Below are positions 28,894-40,541 of a stretch of DNA of 64,000 nucleotides, in pieces. Made by a program: the position numbers and the translations under genes. Every line of letters starts with the position of its first letter. Position 1 is the stretch's first letter. Source of the DNA: an uncultured Acidobacteriota bacterium (GTDB lineage: Bacteria; Actinomycetota; Acidimicrobiia; Spongiisociales; ZC4RG35); NCBI GenBank assembly GCA_963720925.1, contig CAVRHE010000012.1, positions 11,160 through 75,159 on the forward strand, given 5' to 3'. Under the pieces are notes generated by a model. That model worked only from the letters and a program-made list of their open reading frames with translations, was not told where the DNA came from and did no database searches.

Positions 28894-30115
28894 TCACCGC
28901 TCCGTCCAATACTCCTCGTAGTGGACGTTGCCCCGTTCCTTGCGATGGTCGATGGTGAAGCCCTTCTCGTGCAGTTGTTGGCAGACACCGAGGGTGTCGG
29001 GGAAGATCATTTCTTCCTCGGTCCACTTCGGTAGTCCGATCATCGCCGGGTTCCCGCACAGGAACACGTGGGTCCGATCGGGATCGAGTGGTGCATCGAG
29101 CTCCTGCTCGATCCGGCCCGAGGTGATCAGGTCCTGGATGTAGACCTTCTGGCCCTCGTCCTCCGGTTCCCGCGTGGTGATGGTGACGTACTCTGTAGTT
29201 GGGGTAGCGGTCGACCAGCACCGCATGCTGCTCGGTGTAGGCGAGGTCGGATCGGTAACGGACGCACACCACGTCGAGGATGCGTGCGTTGTGCTCCTGC
29301 CGTAACAACTCGGCGATCATCGCATTCTGCGGGGCCTCACCGGTGCCAGTGCTGAGAAAGACGATGTTGTCCTCGGGCTTTACGCCCTCCAGCGTGTAGT
29401 GCCCGGTGAACTTGCGGCCCATATAGAGACGGTCGCTCTCGCCCTTCAGGAAGAGACGAGGGGTGAGCGCGGGTATCTCCTCCTGGCCGGGCTTGACCTT
29501 CACGATGTAGAACTCGACATCCGGGGTGTGGGGTGGAAGGAGCTGGCCCGCCTCGTCGATCATCGAGCTCGACACCGAGTAGGACCGGCGAGCCATTTTG
29601 TGATCCTGGTCAGGCTTCAGATTGTCGTGTGCGTCGTCGGCCCGCGGCTCCCAGTAGCCCAGCGCCAAGGTCGTGTACTGGCCGGGAAGAAACGGATCGA
29701 TCGGCTCGTCGGGGGTGACCCTCATCACCCACAGGTCCTCGTTGTGTGCCCTGATGTGGCTCAATGTTGCGTTGTAGTTATCAACCCGGAGCTGCTCGAA
29801 CTCGTCGGCATCCGAACGTGTTGGGCCTTTGTCGTAATGGACGAAGAGATTGGCGATGACGTCTCCGGCGCGGCTCACCGCTTCGTCATCCCACCTTTCG
29901 CGTCGCCGGGCCGCGACGGTGTTGGAGAGGACATGGACGTGGTCGATCAGCGGATCGGCGTCGAAAAGGCGGCGGGCGAGATCATGGGGCGGATCGGCGC
30001 CGTCTTTGTCCTCCGGGGACAGGCTGACTCCGTCCTGTCCGGTGAGCGAGCGATCGGTTGAGAACAGCGCGACTGCCCCCATCGGACTGGCCTCGACCTG
30101 GATCAATTGGCCCAT
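28894..30115 (-). CDS. Ferredoxin-NADP(+) reductase-like flavoenzyme with extra N-terminal domain, frame disrupted at about 29194
   Basis: FAD/NAD modules RRSYSVSS, FLSTGTGEAP and VFLCGNPAM, with C-terminus HYEEYWTER*. It is split between ORFs 28877-30115 and 28894-29226. Removing one base at about 29194 restores ...YPNYEYVTITTREPE. Confidence 0.75.
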
Positions 30116-30172
30116 GTGACACGCAAGCTACTGCCCGGGAACAAGGCGGTCTTCCACCGGGTTGGTGCGGTC

Positions 30173-30562
30173 ATGGACACCACCGTCAAGGAAGTACTCG
30201 AGCGCGGTGGCACTGTCGACATCACGACGATCGGTCGGAAATCCGGTTTGCCCCGACGGACCGAGATCTATTTCCACCAGTTCGACGGGAAGTTCTATCT
30301 CACTGGCCGGCCCGGCTTCAAGCGCGATTGGGTCGCCAACATCGTGGCCAATCCGGAGTTCACCCTCCATCTCAAACACGGAGTCACCGTCGACATCCCG
30401 GTTCGCGGTGAGTCCGAGCCCAACCCCGAAGAGCGCGCCCGGATCCTCTACCGGGCGCTGACCGAGAGCTGGGGCTCAGACCCCGGAACGGTCGAGAGCG
30501 GCGCTCGACCGGTGGGTCGAGACCGCTCCCTTCATTCGTTTCGAGCCCGTTGATCAGACCTG
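30173..30562 (+). CDS. Deazaflavin-dependent nitroreductase family protein (DDN-like), frame disrupted near 30485
   Basis: VDITTIGRKSGLPRRTEIYFHQFDGKFYLTGRPGFKRDWVANIVANPEF. The expected tail LDRWVETAPFIRFEPVDQT* is in another frame, ending at 30562. Confidence 0.65.
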
Positions 30563-30982
30563 AGTTTGAGGCTCGGTGGTCCGCTCAGCTACATCCCTGA
30601 TGCCGAGCCCGATCAGGACGAACACCACGCCCATGCCGACCCCAATGGCAGCGACACCGAACGCCACGATCGAGGTGAAGAGCGATGACTGGAGGAAGGC
30701 CGAGTCCATCGCCACCTCACGGAGCGGGTCCTCGCGGTCCAATTCGGCATAAGTCAGGCCCCCTGTGATGTCAAGTGTGTGCTTCTGGATCACCTGGGCC
30801 TGGCAATAGGCAGTGAATGGATCCTGCACGGTTCGCCCGGGGAGGCAGGCGTCGTCGGAGGTGACGATCTTCTGCTCGGCGAGCGTGTTGCTCACAACCA
30901 CCCAAGTCACGATGCCACCAATTACCAACAGGACGCCCAAGACGATCGCTGCGACCGACGCAGTCCTTCTCATGACCAGCAC
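30554..30982 (-). CDS. Hypothetical bitopic membrane protein (N- and C-terminal TM, two Cys in the loop domain)
   Basis: MRRTASVAAIVLGVLLVIGGIVTWVV...CLPG...YCQAQ...SIVAFGVAAIGVGMGVVFVLIGLG. Confidence 0.5.
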   Translation of the reverse strand: MLVMRRTASVAAIVLGVLLVIGGIVTWVVVSNTLAEQKIVTSDDACLPGRTVQDPFTAYCQAQVIQKHTLDITGGLTYAELDREDPLREVAMDSAFLQSSLFTSIVAFGVAAIGVGMGVVFVLIGLGIRDVAERTTEPQTQV

Positions 30983-31065
30983 CTTTCATCGGGAGGTTGG
31001 GGTCAAACCTACCGCCGTCTCCGGAGGCGATGAGGGCCGAAAGTCACTTGTCTGCGGGAACCAGG

Positions 31066-31476
31066 TCAGTGACCACCCTCGACGAGCATCGTTGCCGTCG
31101 CGACTGTGCCGAGAGCCCCATCTGCCCGATAGACGATCCGCAAGCTCGTCGCAGCGGGGAGTCTTATCTCGAAGCGCCGGAGAGGTTCGAGGGCAGCGCC
31201 TTTCGCCCAAGGGCCGTGGTCTCTGACGATCCGCTCGTCCACCCAGAGACCCGGGATCGCCGACCGTGCATCATCGATGGAGGCCCCGCGGGGAAAGCTC
31301 GGGGATAGCACGTCGGCGTGGACGATGACCGCGCTGCCCGGGCCTTCGTTCCAGAGCTCGAAGGTGTCGGGATGACCGGGTACACGCTCAGCACGCACCT
31401 TCGGCTTGGCCCGATTCAGGGCGACACCAGCGAACACGACCCCGATCGCGGCAAGGGCGATTATCGCGATCTCCAT
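31066..31476 (-). CDS. Hypothetical membrane-anchored protein
   Basis: MEIAIIALAAIGVVFAGVAL N-terminal anchor followed by a beta-rich domain. I recognise no family. Confidence 0.4.
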   Translation of the reverse strand: MEIAIIALAAIGVVFAGVALNRAKPKVRAERVPGHPDTFELWNEGPGSAVIVHADVLSPSFPRGASIDDARSAIPGLWVDERIVRDHGPWAKGAALEPLRRFEIRLPAATSLRIVYRADGALGTVATATMLVEGGH

Positions 31477-31546
31477 ATGGGGAAATGCTAAGTCGGCTCG
31501 GCTTTTTTGCAATGGTTCGATCGACCCCGTCCGGCGCGACTAACGG

Positions 31547-31642
31547 TGGCGGAGGCGGACGGGAATCGAACCCGCCAGGGGCCGATCAGACCCCTCACCG
31601 GTTTTGAAGACCGGGGGACCCACCAGGCGTCCGGACGCCTCC
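31547..31642 (-). tRNA. selC: tRNA-Sec (selenocysteine, anticodon UCA), CCA encoded
   Basis: Reverse complement: GGAGGCGT-CC-GGAC..GTCC-..CCGGT-CTTCAAA-ACCGG-T-(long variable arm AGGGGTC-TGATC-GGCCCCT)-GG-CGGG-TTCGATT-CCCG-T-CCGCCTCC-G-CCA. It is 96 nt, with an extended acceptor stem, a long extra arm and a layout colinear with E. coli selC as I recall it. Confidence 0.8.
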
Positions 31643-31740
31643 TCGGTGATCGACTGGAGCTTAGGGCCCGGTCTGGCTGCTCCTCGAGCGGCTGAATCCC
31701 GGCGGAGCAAATCTCACACACCGGTACTATTCAGGCCCGG

Positions 31741-32508
31741 ATGCCCGAGCGCTCATTTGGAAGAACCGTGCGCTATCGCCGCACCAGGATCGGCCTCAGT
31801 CAGGCTCAGCTTGGGGAGCTAGTCGGTCGTTCGGCAAGCTCGATCAGGAGTTGGGAGCGTGACGTGTCCACGCCCACCGACCCCTCCGTGCTCAATGCAC
31901 TCTCTGCCATCCTCGACATCGATGGGCGCGCCCTGTTCGACAAGGCCGGAGTTTTGACGCCGGCCGAGGAGGCGCATCCCACAGTTGAAGAGTCGCTGGC
32001 AAGCCTGGCCCCGCTTCCACTCGAGGAGCCAATCGAGGAGACCATCGACCCGGACCCGCTCATCGCGTCCACGGCTGCTGTCGCCGCGGTCGAGGCCCGT
32101 CTCGACGCCGATTCCGAGCTCGAGGCCGAGGTGCAGGAGCACCTCCCACCCGAGCCCGAGTCGGATGACGCGCTCGCCGAGGAACCAGAGCCGGCGATCG
32201 ATACGTTCTACCTCCCGCCGGAGCCGGAGCCCCAACCCGAACCGGTGAGAGCAGTCCAGATGAGCAGCTCGAGCGAACCTGCATACGTCGGCCCACCTGA
32301 GCCCTATTTGATCACGGCCCCAACACCCCCGGTCGTCGAGCCGTCCTACATGGAGGACGACAGCCAGCGGCAGATGTACCGGGTTCGGAATCTGGCCACC
32401 GTGGTCCTCGTGGTCGCCCTCGCCATCGTCCTCCTCTGGTCATTGAGCAACGCGCTGGAGGCGGTGGGCGCGTGGTGGGAGGAGTTCACCAACACGCTCC
32501 GTCTCTGA
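31741..32508 (+). CDS. XRE-family helix-turn-helix protein with acidic/proline-rich linker and C-terminal TM helix
   Basis: RTRIGLSQAQLGELVGRSASSIRSWERDVSTP (HTH_3-like), a PE-rich low-complexity middle, and the TM helix VVLVVALAIVLLWSL. Confidence 0.7.
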   Translation: MPERSFGRTVRYRRTRIGLSQAQLGELVGRSASSIRSWERDVSTPTDPSVLNALSAILDIDGRALFDKAGVLTPAEEAHPTVEESLASLAPLPLEEPIEETIDPDPLIASTAAVAAVEARLDADSELEAEVQEHLPPEPESDDALAEEPEPAIDTFYLPPEPEPQPEPVRAVQMSSSSEPAYVGPPEPYLITAPTPPVVEPSYMEDDSQRQMYRVRNLATVVLVVALAIVLLWSLSNALEAVGAWWEEFTNTLRL

Positions 32509-32538
32509 TAGCCCTCTAGCGTTGGCCCCACAGCCAGC

Positions 32539-34863
32539 ATGACCATTGAAAAGGGCGTCGCCATCGTGGGTGGGGGACCGGCCGGTCTCTATTTGTCCAT
32601 CCTGCTCAGGGCAGCAAACTCCGAGTTCGAGGTCACGGTGCATGAGCGAAACGGGCCTCAGGACGCCTACGGATTCGGAGTGGTGTTCAGCGATGAGACC
32701 CTGGACAACTTCGAAAGTGCCGACCCGATCTCTCACCGGGCGTTGGTGGACAGGTTCCGACACTGGGGGCAGATAAGGGCACGTCATCCGGACGGGGTCG
32801 AGATCGTGTCGGGCGGCCACGGCTTTGCCGCCATCAGCCGTCGTGCGCTCCTCCAGACATTGACCGAACGTGCTCGCGAACTCGGCGTGGACCTGCGCTT
32901 CTCGACGGAGGTGACGAGGCCGTCCGACCTCGGCTCTGTCGGCGTCATCGTCGGCGCCGACGGCGCGAACAGCACGGTGCGCCGCGACCTGGAGACAGAT
33001 CTGGGCTTTTCGATGGTGCACGCTCGAAACAAGTACGTCTGGTTTGGCACTCCCAAAGTGTTCGACGAGTTCAATTTCATCTTCGAGGACACCCCCTCCG
33101 GGATGGTGTGGGCCCACATCTATCCGTACGGTGAAGAGGGCAGCACCTTCATCGTGGAGATGCGACCGGAGACTTGGGAAGCGCTTGGCTTCGACAAGAC
33201 CCAGGATGAGGTCTTCCAGCCGGGGGTGAGCGACGAGTACGCCCTCCATCGGTGCGAGGAGATCTTCGCTTCTCATCTCGACGGGCATGGCCTGCTCGGG
33301 AACAACTCACGATGGCTCCAGTTCCCAACGATCACCTGCGAGAGCTGGCATCACGGCAATGTCGTGCTCATGGGCGATGCGGTCCATACCGCCCATTTCT
33401 CGGTGGGCTCGGGCACGAAGCTGGCCATGGAGGACGCAATCGCCCTCGCCGGGCTACTCCAAGCCGACCTTCCCTTGGATGAGGCCTTCGACGTATACGA
33501 GGAGGCGCGCCGTCCCGAGGTCGATAGTCTGCAGCGGGCGGCCAAGGCCAGCCGTGACTGGTTCGAGGGTGCGGATCGATATCGGGACATGGACCCGGAC
33601 CAGTTCGTGTTCAGCATGCTGACCCGGAGTCAGCGGATCACCTACGACAACCTGCGGGTACACGACCCCGCGTATATGGCCGGCATCGACTCCTGGTACG
33701 CCGGTTCCGAGCATTCATGTCCCGTACCCGTCGACCCGGCCGCGCCGCCGATGTTTCACCCGTTTCGGGTCCGGGGTCTCGAGCTGGCGAACCGAATCGT
33801 GGTCTCGCCAATGGACCAATACAGCGCGGTCGAAGGGATGCCCAACGAATGGCATCTGGTCCACCTGGGCAGCCGAGCCGTGGGTGGCGCGGGTCTGGTG
33901 ATGACCGAAATGACGTGCGTGTCCCCGGAGGGCAGGATCAGCCCGAGATGCACCGGCTTGTGGAACCGCGAGCAGGCAGCCGCCTTTGCCAGGATCGTGG
34001 ACTTCGTCCACACCCACACCGACTCCCGTATCGGCCTTCAAATCGGTCACTCAGGGCGGAAGGGATCGACCAAGTTGATGTGGGAAGGAGACAGCGAGCC
34101 GCTGGATGAAGGCAACTGGGAGATCATGGCGCCGTCGCCGATTCGGTTCCGGCCCGACAGTCAAGTCCCTCGGGAGATGACCCGCTCGGATATGGACCTA
34201 GTACGCGACCAGCACGTGGCTGCCGCTCGATTTGGGAGTGAAGCCGCCTTCGATCTGCTCGAGCTCCATTACGCCCACGGCTATCTGGTGTCCAGCTTCC
34301 TGACCCCTCTGGCCAACCAGAGGAGCGACCAATACGGGGGTGCCCTGGCGAACAGGATGCGATATCCACTCGAGGTGTTCGAGGCGGTACGGGAGGTCTG
34401 GCCCGACGAGAAGCCGGTATCGGTGCGGATCTCGGCCACCGATTGGGTCGATGGGGGATTCGATGGGGACGATGCCGTTCGGTTCGCCAGGGAGTTGAAG
34501 GGACTGGGGTGCGACCTGATCGACGTGTCGACCGGCCAGACCACGGTCCAGGCGGACCCGGAGTACGGAAGGCTGTATCAGACCCCGTTTTCGGACCGGA
34601 TCCGCAACGAAGTGGGGATCGCCACGATGACCGTGGGAGCGGTCTCCAGCATCGACGACGTCCACAACATCCTGGTGGCGGGCCGGGCCGATCTCTGTCT
34701 GCTGGCCCGCCCCCACATCGTCGACCCGTACTGGACACTCAACGCGGCCATCGACCTGGGCTACGCCGGTCACTCGTTCCCGAATCAGTATCTCGCCGGA
34801 TTGGGGACGAGACGTAGAGCGCAGGGGCCGATTCCGCCGGACGTGTTCCGACGGCCGATCTAG
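32539..34863 (+). CDS. Bifunctional FAD monooxygenase / Old-Yellow-Enzyme-type reductase (salicylyl-CoA 5-hydroxylase / 2-aminobenzoyl-CoA monooxygenase-reductase-like)
   Basis: N-terminal VAIVGGGPAGLYL and GDAVHTAHFSVGSGTKLAMEDA (aromatic-ring hydroxylase). The C-terminal OYE TIM barrel has FHPFRVRGLELANRIVVSPM and HYAHGYLVSSFLTP. Confidence 0.8.
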   Translation: MTIEKGVAIVGGGPAGLYLSILLRAANSEFEVTVHERNGPQDAYGFGVVFSDETLDNFESADPISHRALVDRFRHWGQIRARHPDGVEIVSGGHGFAAISRRALLQTLTERARELGVDLRFSTEVTRPSDLGSVGVIVGADGANSTVRRDLETDLGFSMVHARNKYVWFGTPKVFDEFNFIFEDTPSGMVWAHIYPYGEEGSTFIVEMRPETWEALGFDKTQDEVFQPGVSDEYALHRCEEIFASHLDGHGLLGNNSRWLQFPTITCESWHHGNVVLMGDAVHTAHFSVGSGTKLAMEDAIALAGLLQADLPLDEAFDVYEEARRPEVDSLQRAAKASRDWFEGADRYRDMDPDQFVFSMLTRSQRITYDNLRVHDPAYMAGIDSWYAGSEHSCPVPVDPAAPPMFHPFRVRGLELANRIVVSPMDQYSAVEGMPNEWHLVHLGSRAVGGAGLVMTEMTCVSPEGRISPRCTGLWNREQAAAFARIVDFVHTHTDSRIGLQIGHSGRKGSTKLMWEGDSEPLDEGNWEIMAPSPIRFRPDSQVPREMTRSDMDLVRDQHVAAARFGSEAAFDLLELHYAHGYLVSSFLTPLANQRSDQYGGALANRMRYPLEVFEAVREVWPDEKPVSVRISATDWVDGGFDGDDAVRFARELKGLGCDLIDVSTGQTTVQADPEYGRLYQTPFSDRIRNEVGIATMTVGAVSSIDDVHNILVAGRADLCLLARPHIVDPYWTLNAAIDLGYAGHSFPNQYLAGLGTRRRAQGPIPPDVFRRPI

Positions 34864-35131
34864 CCGACATGCCGACCGACAAATCCGCTCAACAATTGTC
34901 TCGACTTGTGGCAGACTGTCTCCACCAGAGAAAGGAGGTGGTCCTAGGTTGTATGAAAGTCTTTGGACTCTGGAGGTGGTCGAGCGCTGAGCGGCGCTGA
35001 CCGCAGCCGCCGCTCGTCCTTCGGGACAGGTGGCGACTCCAAACTCGGACCACCCGGCTCTGGATACCACGAACCTCGTCCATTCGTGGCGGCGTAATAA
35101 CGCCGAAGCAATGCCATAGCTGATATTCGAA

Positions 35132-35161
35132 CGAAGGGCCCCCGGGATCGGGGGCCCTTCG
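35132..35161. terminator. 12-bp GC hairpin immediately 3' of the cysteine synthase-like gene
   Basis: CGAAGGGCCCCC-GGGATC-GGGGGCCCTTCG lies within 4 nt of the stop codon at 35165-35167 on the minus strand. On the minus strand it is followed by TTCGAATAT. Confidence 0.6.
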
Positions 35162-35164
35162 CTG

Positions 35165-36118
35165 TCAGGTCTCGAAGCCCCGATGTGCCATCCAGTCGTC
35201 GTTGAAGATCTTCGACAGGTAGCCCCGCCCTGAATCGGGCAGGATGACCACAACCATCGCGTCGTGATCCTCTGCGGCCACATGGAGAGCGCCGTGGGCT
35301 GCCATCCCACAGGACCCGCCCACGAGGATGCCCTCCTCTCGCGCCAGCCTCCGCGTCACGTTGAACGAGTCGGCGTCATTGACCTTGATCCATCGGTCGA
35401 TCAGGTCTAACTCCACTGTCTCGGGGTAGAAATCCTCACCGACCCCCTCCACCGAGTACTGATGAACCTCCGCCTCGCTGTCGGCGGTGAAGATGGAGCC
35501 TTCCGGGTCCACACCGACGACTCGCACCGAGGGCTTCTGTTCCTTCAGGTATCGGCCGGCGCCGCTGATCGTGCCACCCGTTCCCACTCCCACGACAAGC
35601 ACATCGACCGAACCTTCGGTCTGTTGCCAGATCTCGGGGCCCGTTGTGTCGTAGTGGGCCCGAGGATTGGCCGGGTTCGAGTACTGATCCGGGTGGAATG
35701 CCCCCTCGATCTCCTCCGTCAACCGCCGCGCCACGCCGTAGTAGGAGTCGGGGTGTTCGGGGAGGAGGTCAGTCGGAGTTACCAAGACCTCCACTCCGTA
35801 TGCCCGGAGCAGATCTTGTTTCTCCTTGGACACCTTGTCGGGGACTGTGCAGATGACCCGATAACCCCGAACGGCACCGACGAGGGCGAGGCCCACACCG
35901 GTGTTCCCGGACGTCGGCTCGACGATGGTGCCTCCGGGCCGCAAGAGACCCTGTCTCTCGGCGTCGTCGATCATCGCCACTGCGATGCGCTCCTTGACCG
36001 ACCCGCCCGGGTTCATGTACTCGACCTTCGCAACGAGGTTGCCGGGAGGGTGGATCCTGGAGAGTCGGATCATCGGTGTGTTGCCGATGGCGGCGGTGAC
36101 GTCGGGATGAATCTCCAT
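35165..36118 (-). CDS. PLP-dependent cysteine synthase / cystathionine beta-synthase family protein
   Basis: IGNTPMIRL...KVEYMNPGGSVKERIA (PLP lysine)...EPTSGNTGVGLA...GVGTGGTISG. Confidence 0.85.
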   Translation of the reverse strand: MEIHPDVTAAIGNTPMIRLSRIHPPGNLVAKVEYMNPGGSVKERIAVAMIDDAERQGLLRPGGTIVEPTSGNTGVGLALVGAVRGYRVICTVPDKVSKEKQDLLRAYGVEVLVTPTDLLPEHPDSYYGVARRLTEEIEGAFHPDQYSNPANPRAHYDTTGPEIWQQTEGSVDVLVVGVGTGGTISGAGRYLKEQKPSVRVVGVDPEGSIFTADSEAEVHQYSVEGVGEDFYPETVELDLIDRWIKVNDADSFNVTRRLAREEGILVGGSCGMAAHGALHVAAEDHDAMVVVILPDSGRGYLSKIFNDDWMAHRGFET

Positions 36119-36143
36119 GGGCGGGGCGAGGGTATCGCACCGG

Positions 36144-37073
36144 ATGGTGCTCCTCCGAACGACTTCTAATCTTCCCGGAGTGACCCGGATCGCCCGCTAC
36201 GCGTGGTTCACCCTCGTGTTCAACGTGGGAGTGATCCTGCTCGGCGCCCTGGTTCGTGCCACCGGGTCGGGGGCGGGATGCGGAAGGTCGTGGCCGGCGT
36301 GCCAGGGCCAGGTGATGCCCGAGTTGTCTGGCGCGACTGCGGTCGAGTTCACCCATCGGGCGGCGAGTGGTGTGGCCCTGGTCCTTGTTGCGGTCCTGGT
36401 CGTGTGGGTCTGGCGCCGGGTTCCCTCAGGTGAGCCGGCTAGGACCGGTGCCGGACTGGCGATGGCCGCGATCGTGGGCGAGGCGCTCATCGGGGCGATG
36501 ATCGTCCTGGCAGAGTGGGTCGCGGAGGACGCTTCTTTGGCCCGGGTCGTGGCGGTACCACTCCATCTCGTGAACACCCTGTTTCTCCTCGCCGCATTGT
36601 CACTGACGGCATTCTGGCTCTCTGGGGGGCGACGGCTGTCGACTCGATCACATCCGGAGGTGTGGCGATGGGTCGTGCTCGGAGGTCTGGCAATCGTCCT
36701 GCTGGCGGCCACCGGCGCCGTGACCGCGCTTGCCGATACGCTGTTTCCCAAGACAGGGTCGAGTCCCGCGGAGTCGGGAAGTGCGCATTTCCTCACCGAC
36801 CTTCGCATCGTCCATCCGGTTCTGGCAGTGCTGGCCGCTTCAATCGGGTGGTGGGCTTCGGGCCGTGTGAAGGCGCCGAGATCGAGGGCCGCCCAAGCGC
36901 TGCCCCTGCTGGTCGGGCTCATGCTGCTGTCCGGCTCGCTCAACGTCCTCCTCGGCGTCCCGGTTTGGATGCAGCTCGTCCATCTGCTGCTCGCCGACGC
37001 GCTTTGGATCGCCTATGTGCTCGCCTCGGCCCAGGCAATGCAGGCTCCCGCCGAAGTCGGTCAGCCGGTCTGA
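36144..37073 (+). CDS. ctaA: Heme A synthase (COX15/CtaA family); start uncertain (36117, 36144 or 36180)
   Basis: LGALVRATGSGAGCGRSWPACQG...EFTHRAASG...VPLHLVNT...VHPVLAVL...VHLLLADALW is the typical CtaA histidine/cysteine pattern across 8 TM segments. Confidence 0.75.
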   Translation: MVLLRTTSNLPGVTRIARYAWFTLVFNVGVILLGALVRATGSGAGCGRSWPACQGQVMPELSGATAVEFTHRAASGVALVLVAVLVVWVWRRVPSGEPARTGAGLAMAAIVGEALIGAMIVLAEWVAEDASLARVVAVPLHLVNTLFLLAALSLTAFWLSGGRRLSTRSHPEVWRWVVLGGLAIVLLAATGAVTALADTLFPKTGSSPAESGSAHFLTDLRIVHPVLAVLAASIGWWASGRVKAPRSRAAQALPLLVGLMLLSGSLNVLLGVPVWMQLVHLLLADALWIAYVLASAQAMQAPAEVGQPV

Positions 37074-37838
37074 TGTTCGACCAGCTCGCCGACCGTGTGT
37101 TCCGACGACGCTACGAATCGCTCGATCTCAACGTGGGCGTGGTCCTCGGAGAGGAAGGAGCTCTGATCGTCGACACTCGTGCTTCTCATGTCGAGGCCGA
37201 TGAGCTCCAGCGCCGAGTTGAGCACGCTCACGTCGCTTCCGGTGCGATGGGTCATCGACACCCACTGGCACTGGGACCACACTTTTGGCAACGCCCGCTT
37301 CCCTACGGCCGAGATCTGGGGCCATCAGCGCTGCCGGAAGGTCATGCTCGACTTGGGCGAGTCGATGAAAGAGGACGCAGCGGCCTGGCTCCCCGACCGG
37401 ATTGAGGAGATCGCCGAAGTAGTGATCACTCCTCCGACCAGGGTCTTCGACACCACAGCCCGCATCGACCTCGGCCCGGTCGCAGTCGAGCTGAGTTACC
37501 ACGGTCGAGGTCACACCGATGCCGACATCGTGGTGACGGTGAGCGAGGTGAGCTTCATGGGAGACCTGCTCGAGGAGGGCGCGCCACCGGTCTTCGACGA
37601 TGGCTTCCCGATGAGCTGGCCGGGCACGCTCGAGTCGGCTGCCGGCATCGGGTCGGCGATCATTGTCCCCGGTCACGGTGACATCATGGATCGGGCCGGC
37701 GCAGCTGCGCAGCTAGAGGAGATCCAGATAGTGGCGGACCTGGCCCGTCGGTGTGGCGAAGAGGGGCTGCCCATTGCCGAAGCCGCCGTGCTGGGACCCT
37801 ATCCCACGGACGTGATGATTTCGGCCCTGGAGCGTGCC

Positions 37839-37856
<18 letters not shown>
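37073..37856 (+). CDS. MBL-fold metallo-hydrolase, frame disrupted near 37210
   Basis: ATG overlaps the ctaA stop (TGATG). [38 protein letters not shown] lies in one frame and ...[17 protein letters not shown] (HxHxDH motif) in ORF 37179-37856. Confidence 0.7.
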
Positions 37857-39818
<1,962 letters not shown>

Positions 39819-39879
39819 CGATGTCGAACGTACACGCTCGCGATTAGGGTCGGCGACGCGGCGAATCGACGGAGGAAAT

Positions 39880-40533
39880 GTGACCGATCAGGACATCCAG
39901 GCGCTCTATTTGTCCGCCGAGCAGCGCTGGATGCAAGGCTGGCTCGCAGGGCCAACCATTGAAGGCAGCCCCCTGCACCGGGGAGATCCGGCTCCCGAGG
40001 TGGACGTGGTCGACGAGGACGGTGGCACCGTGTCACTGGCAACGGTGTGGTCGGATCGGGCAGGGCTCGTCCTCCTTTGGAGGCATCTCGGATGCGGCTG
40101 CGGCTTGGAGCGTGGGGAGCGACTCAAGGAGGAGTACCCGGCCTACTTGGAAGCAGGTCTGAATGTGGTGATCGTTGCTCCTGCCGATCTGCAGCGGGTG
40201 ACCCGTTACAAAGAGCGATACCAGTTCCCGGTCACCATGTACTCGGATCCGGGGTACACGGCGCACAAGGCCTTCGGTCTCGGCCACTGGGCCCTCGAGC
40301 AGGCCCTCTACGACGCCCCGGATGAGTACTGCGAGCTGTCGGAAGAGACCGGGCGTCAATTCCAGGAGGATCGGAGATCACAAGGAAGGCCACTGGTCGA
40401 CGATCCCTGGATGCAATCCGGTGAGTTCGTCGTGGCCCCTGATGGGAGGATACGGGTCGCCTACCTGTACAACTACTGCGCCGACTATCCGGACCCACGG
40501 GTGTTCACTACCGCCGGGCGTCTGCTCGGGTAG
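39880..40533 (+). CDS. Peroxiredoxin/AhpC-TSA-like redoxin family protein
   Basis: [38 protein letters not shown]...[42 protein letters not shown] start after a GGAGGA RBS. Confidence 0.55.
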   Translation: MTDQDIQALYLSAEQRWMQGWLAGPTIEGSPLHRGDPAPEVDVVDEDGGTVSLATVWSDRAGLVLLWRHLGCGCGLERGERLKEEYPAYLEAGLNVVIVAPADLQRVTRYKERYQFPVTMYSDPGYTAHKAFGLGHWALEQALYDAPDEYCELSEETGRQFQEDRRSQGRPLVDDPWMQSGEFVVAPDGRIRVAYLYNYCADYPDPRVFTTAGRLLG

Positions 40534-40541
40534 GGCAACGT

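Noticed and set aside
30554-31546. Genomic island integrated at the 3' end of tRNA-Sec
   Set aside because: No integrase, no direct repeat of the tRNA 3' end and no compositional shift are evident. The two adjacent genes are ordinary-looking membrane proteins.
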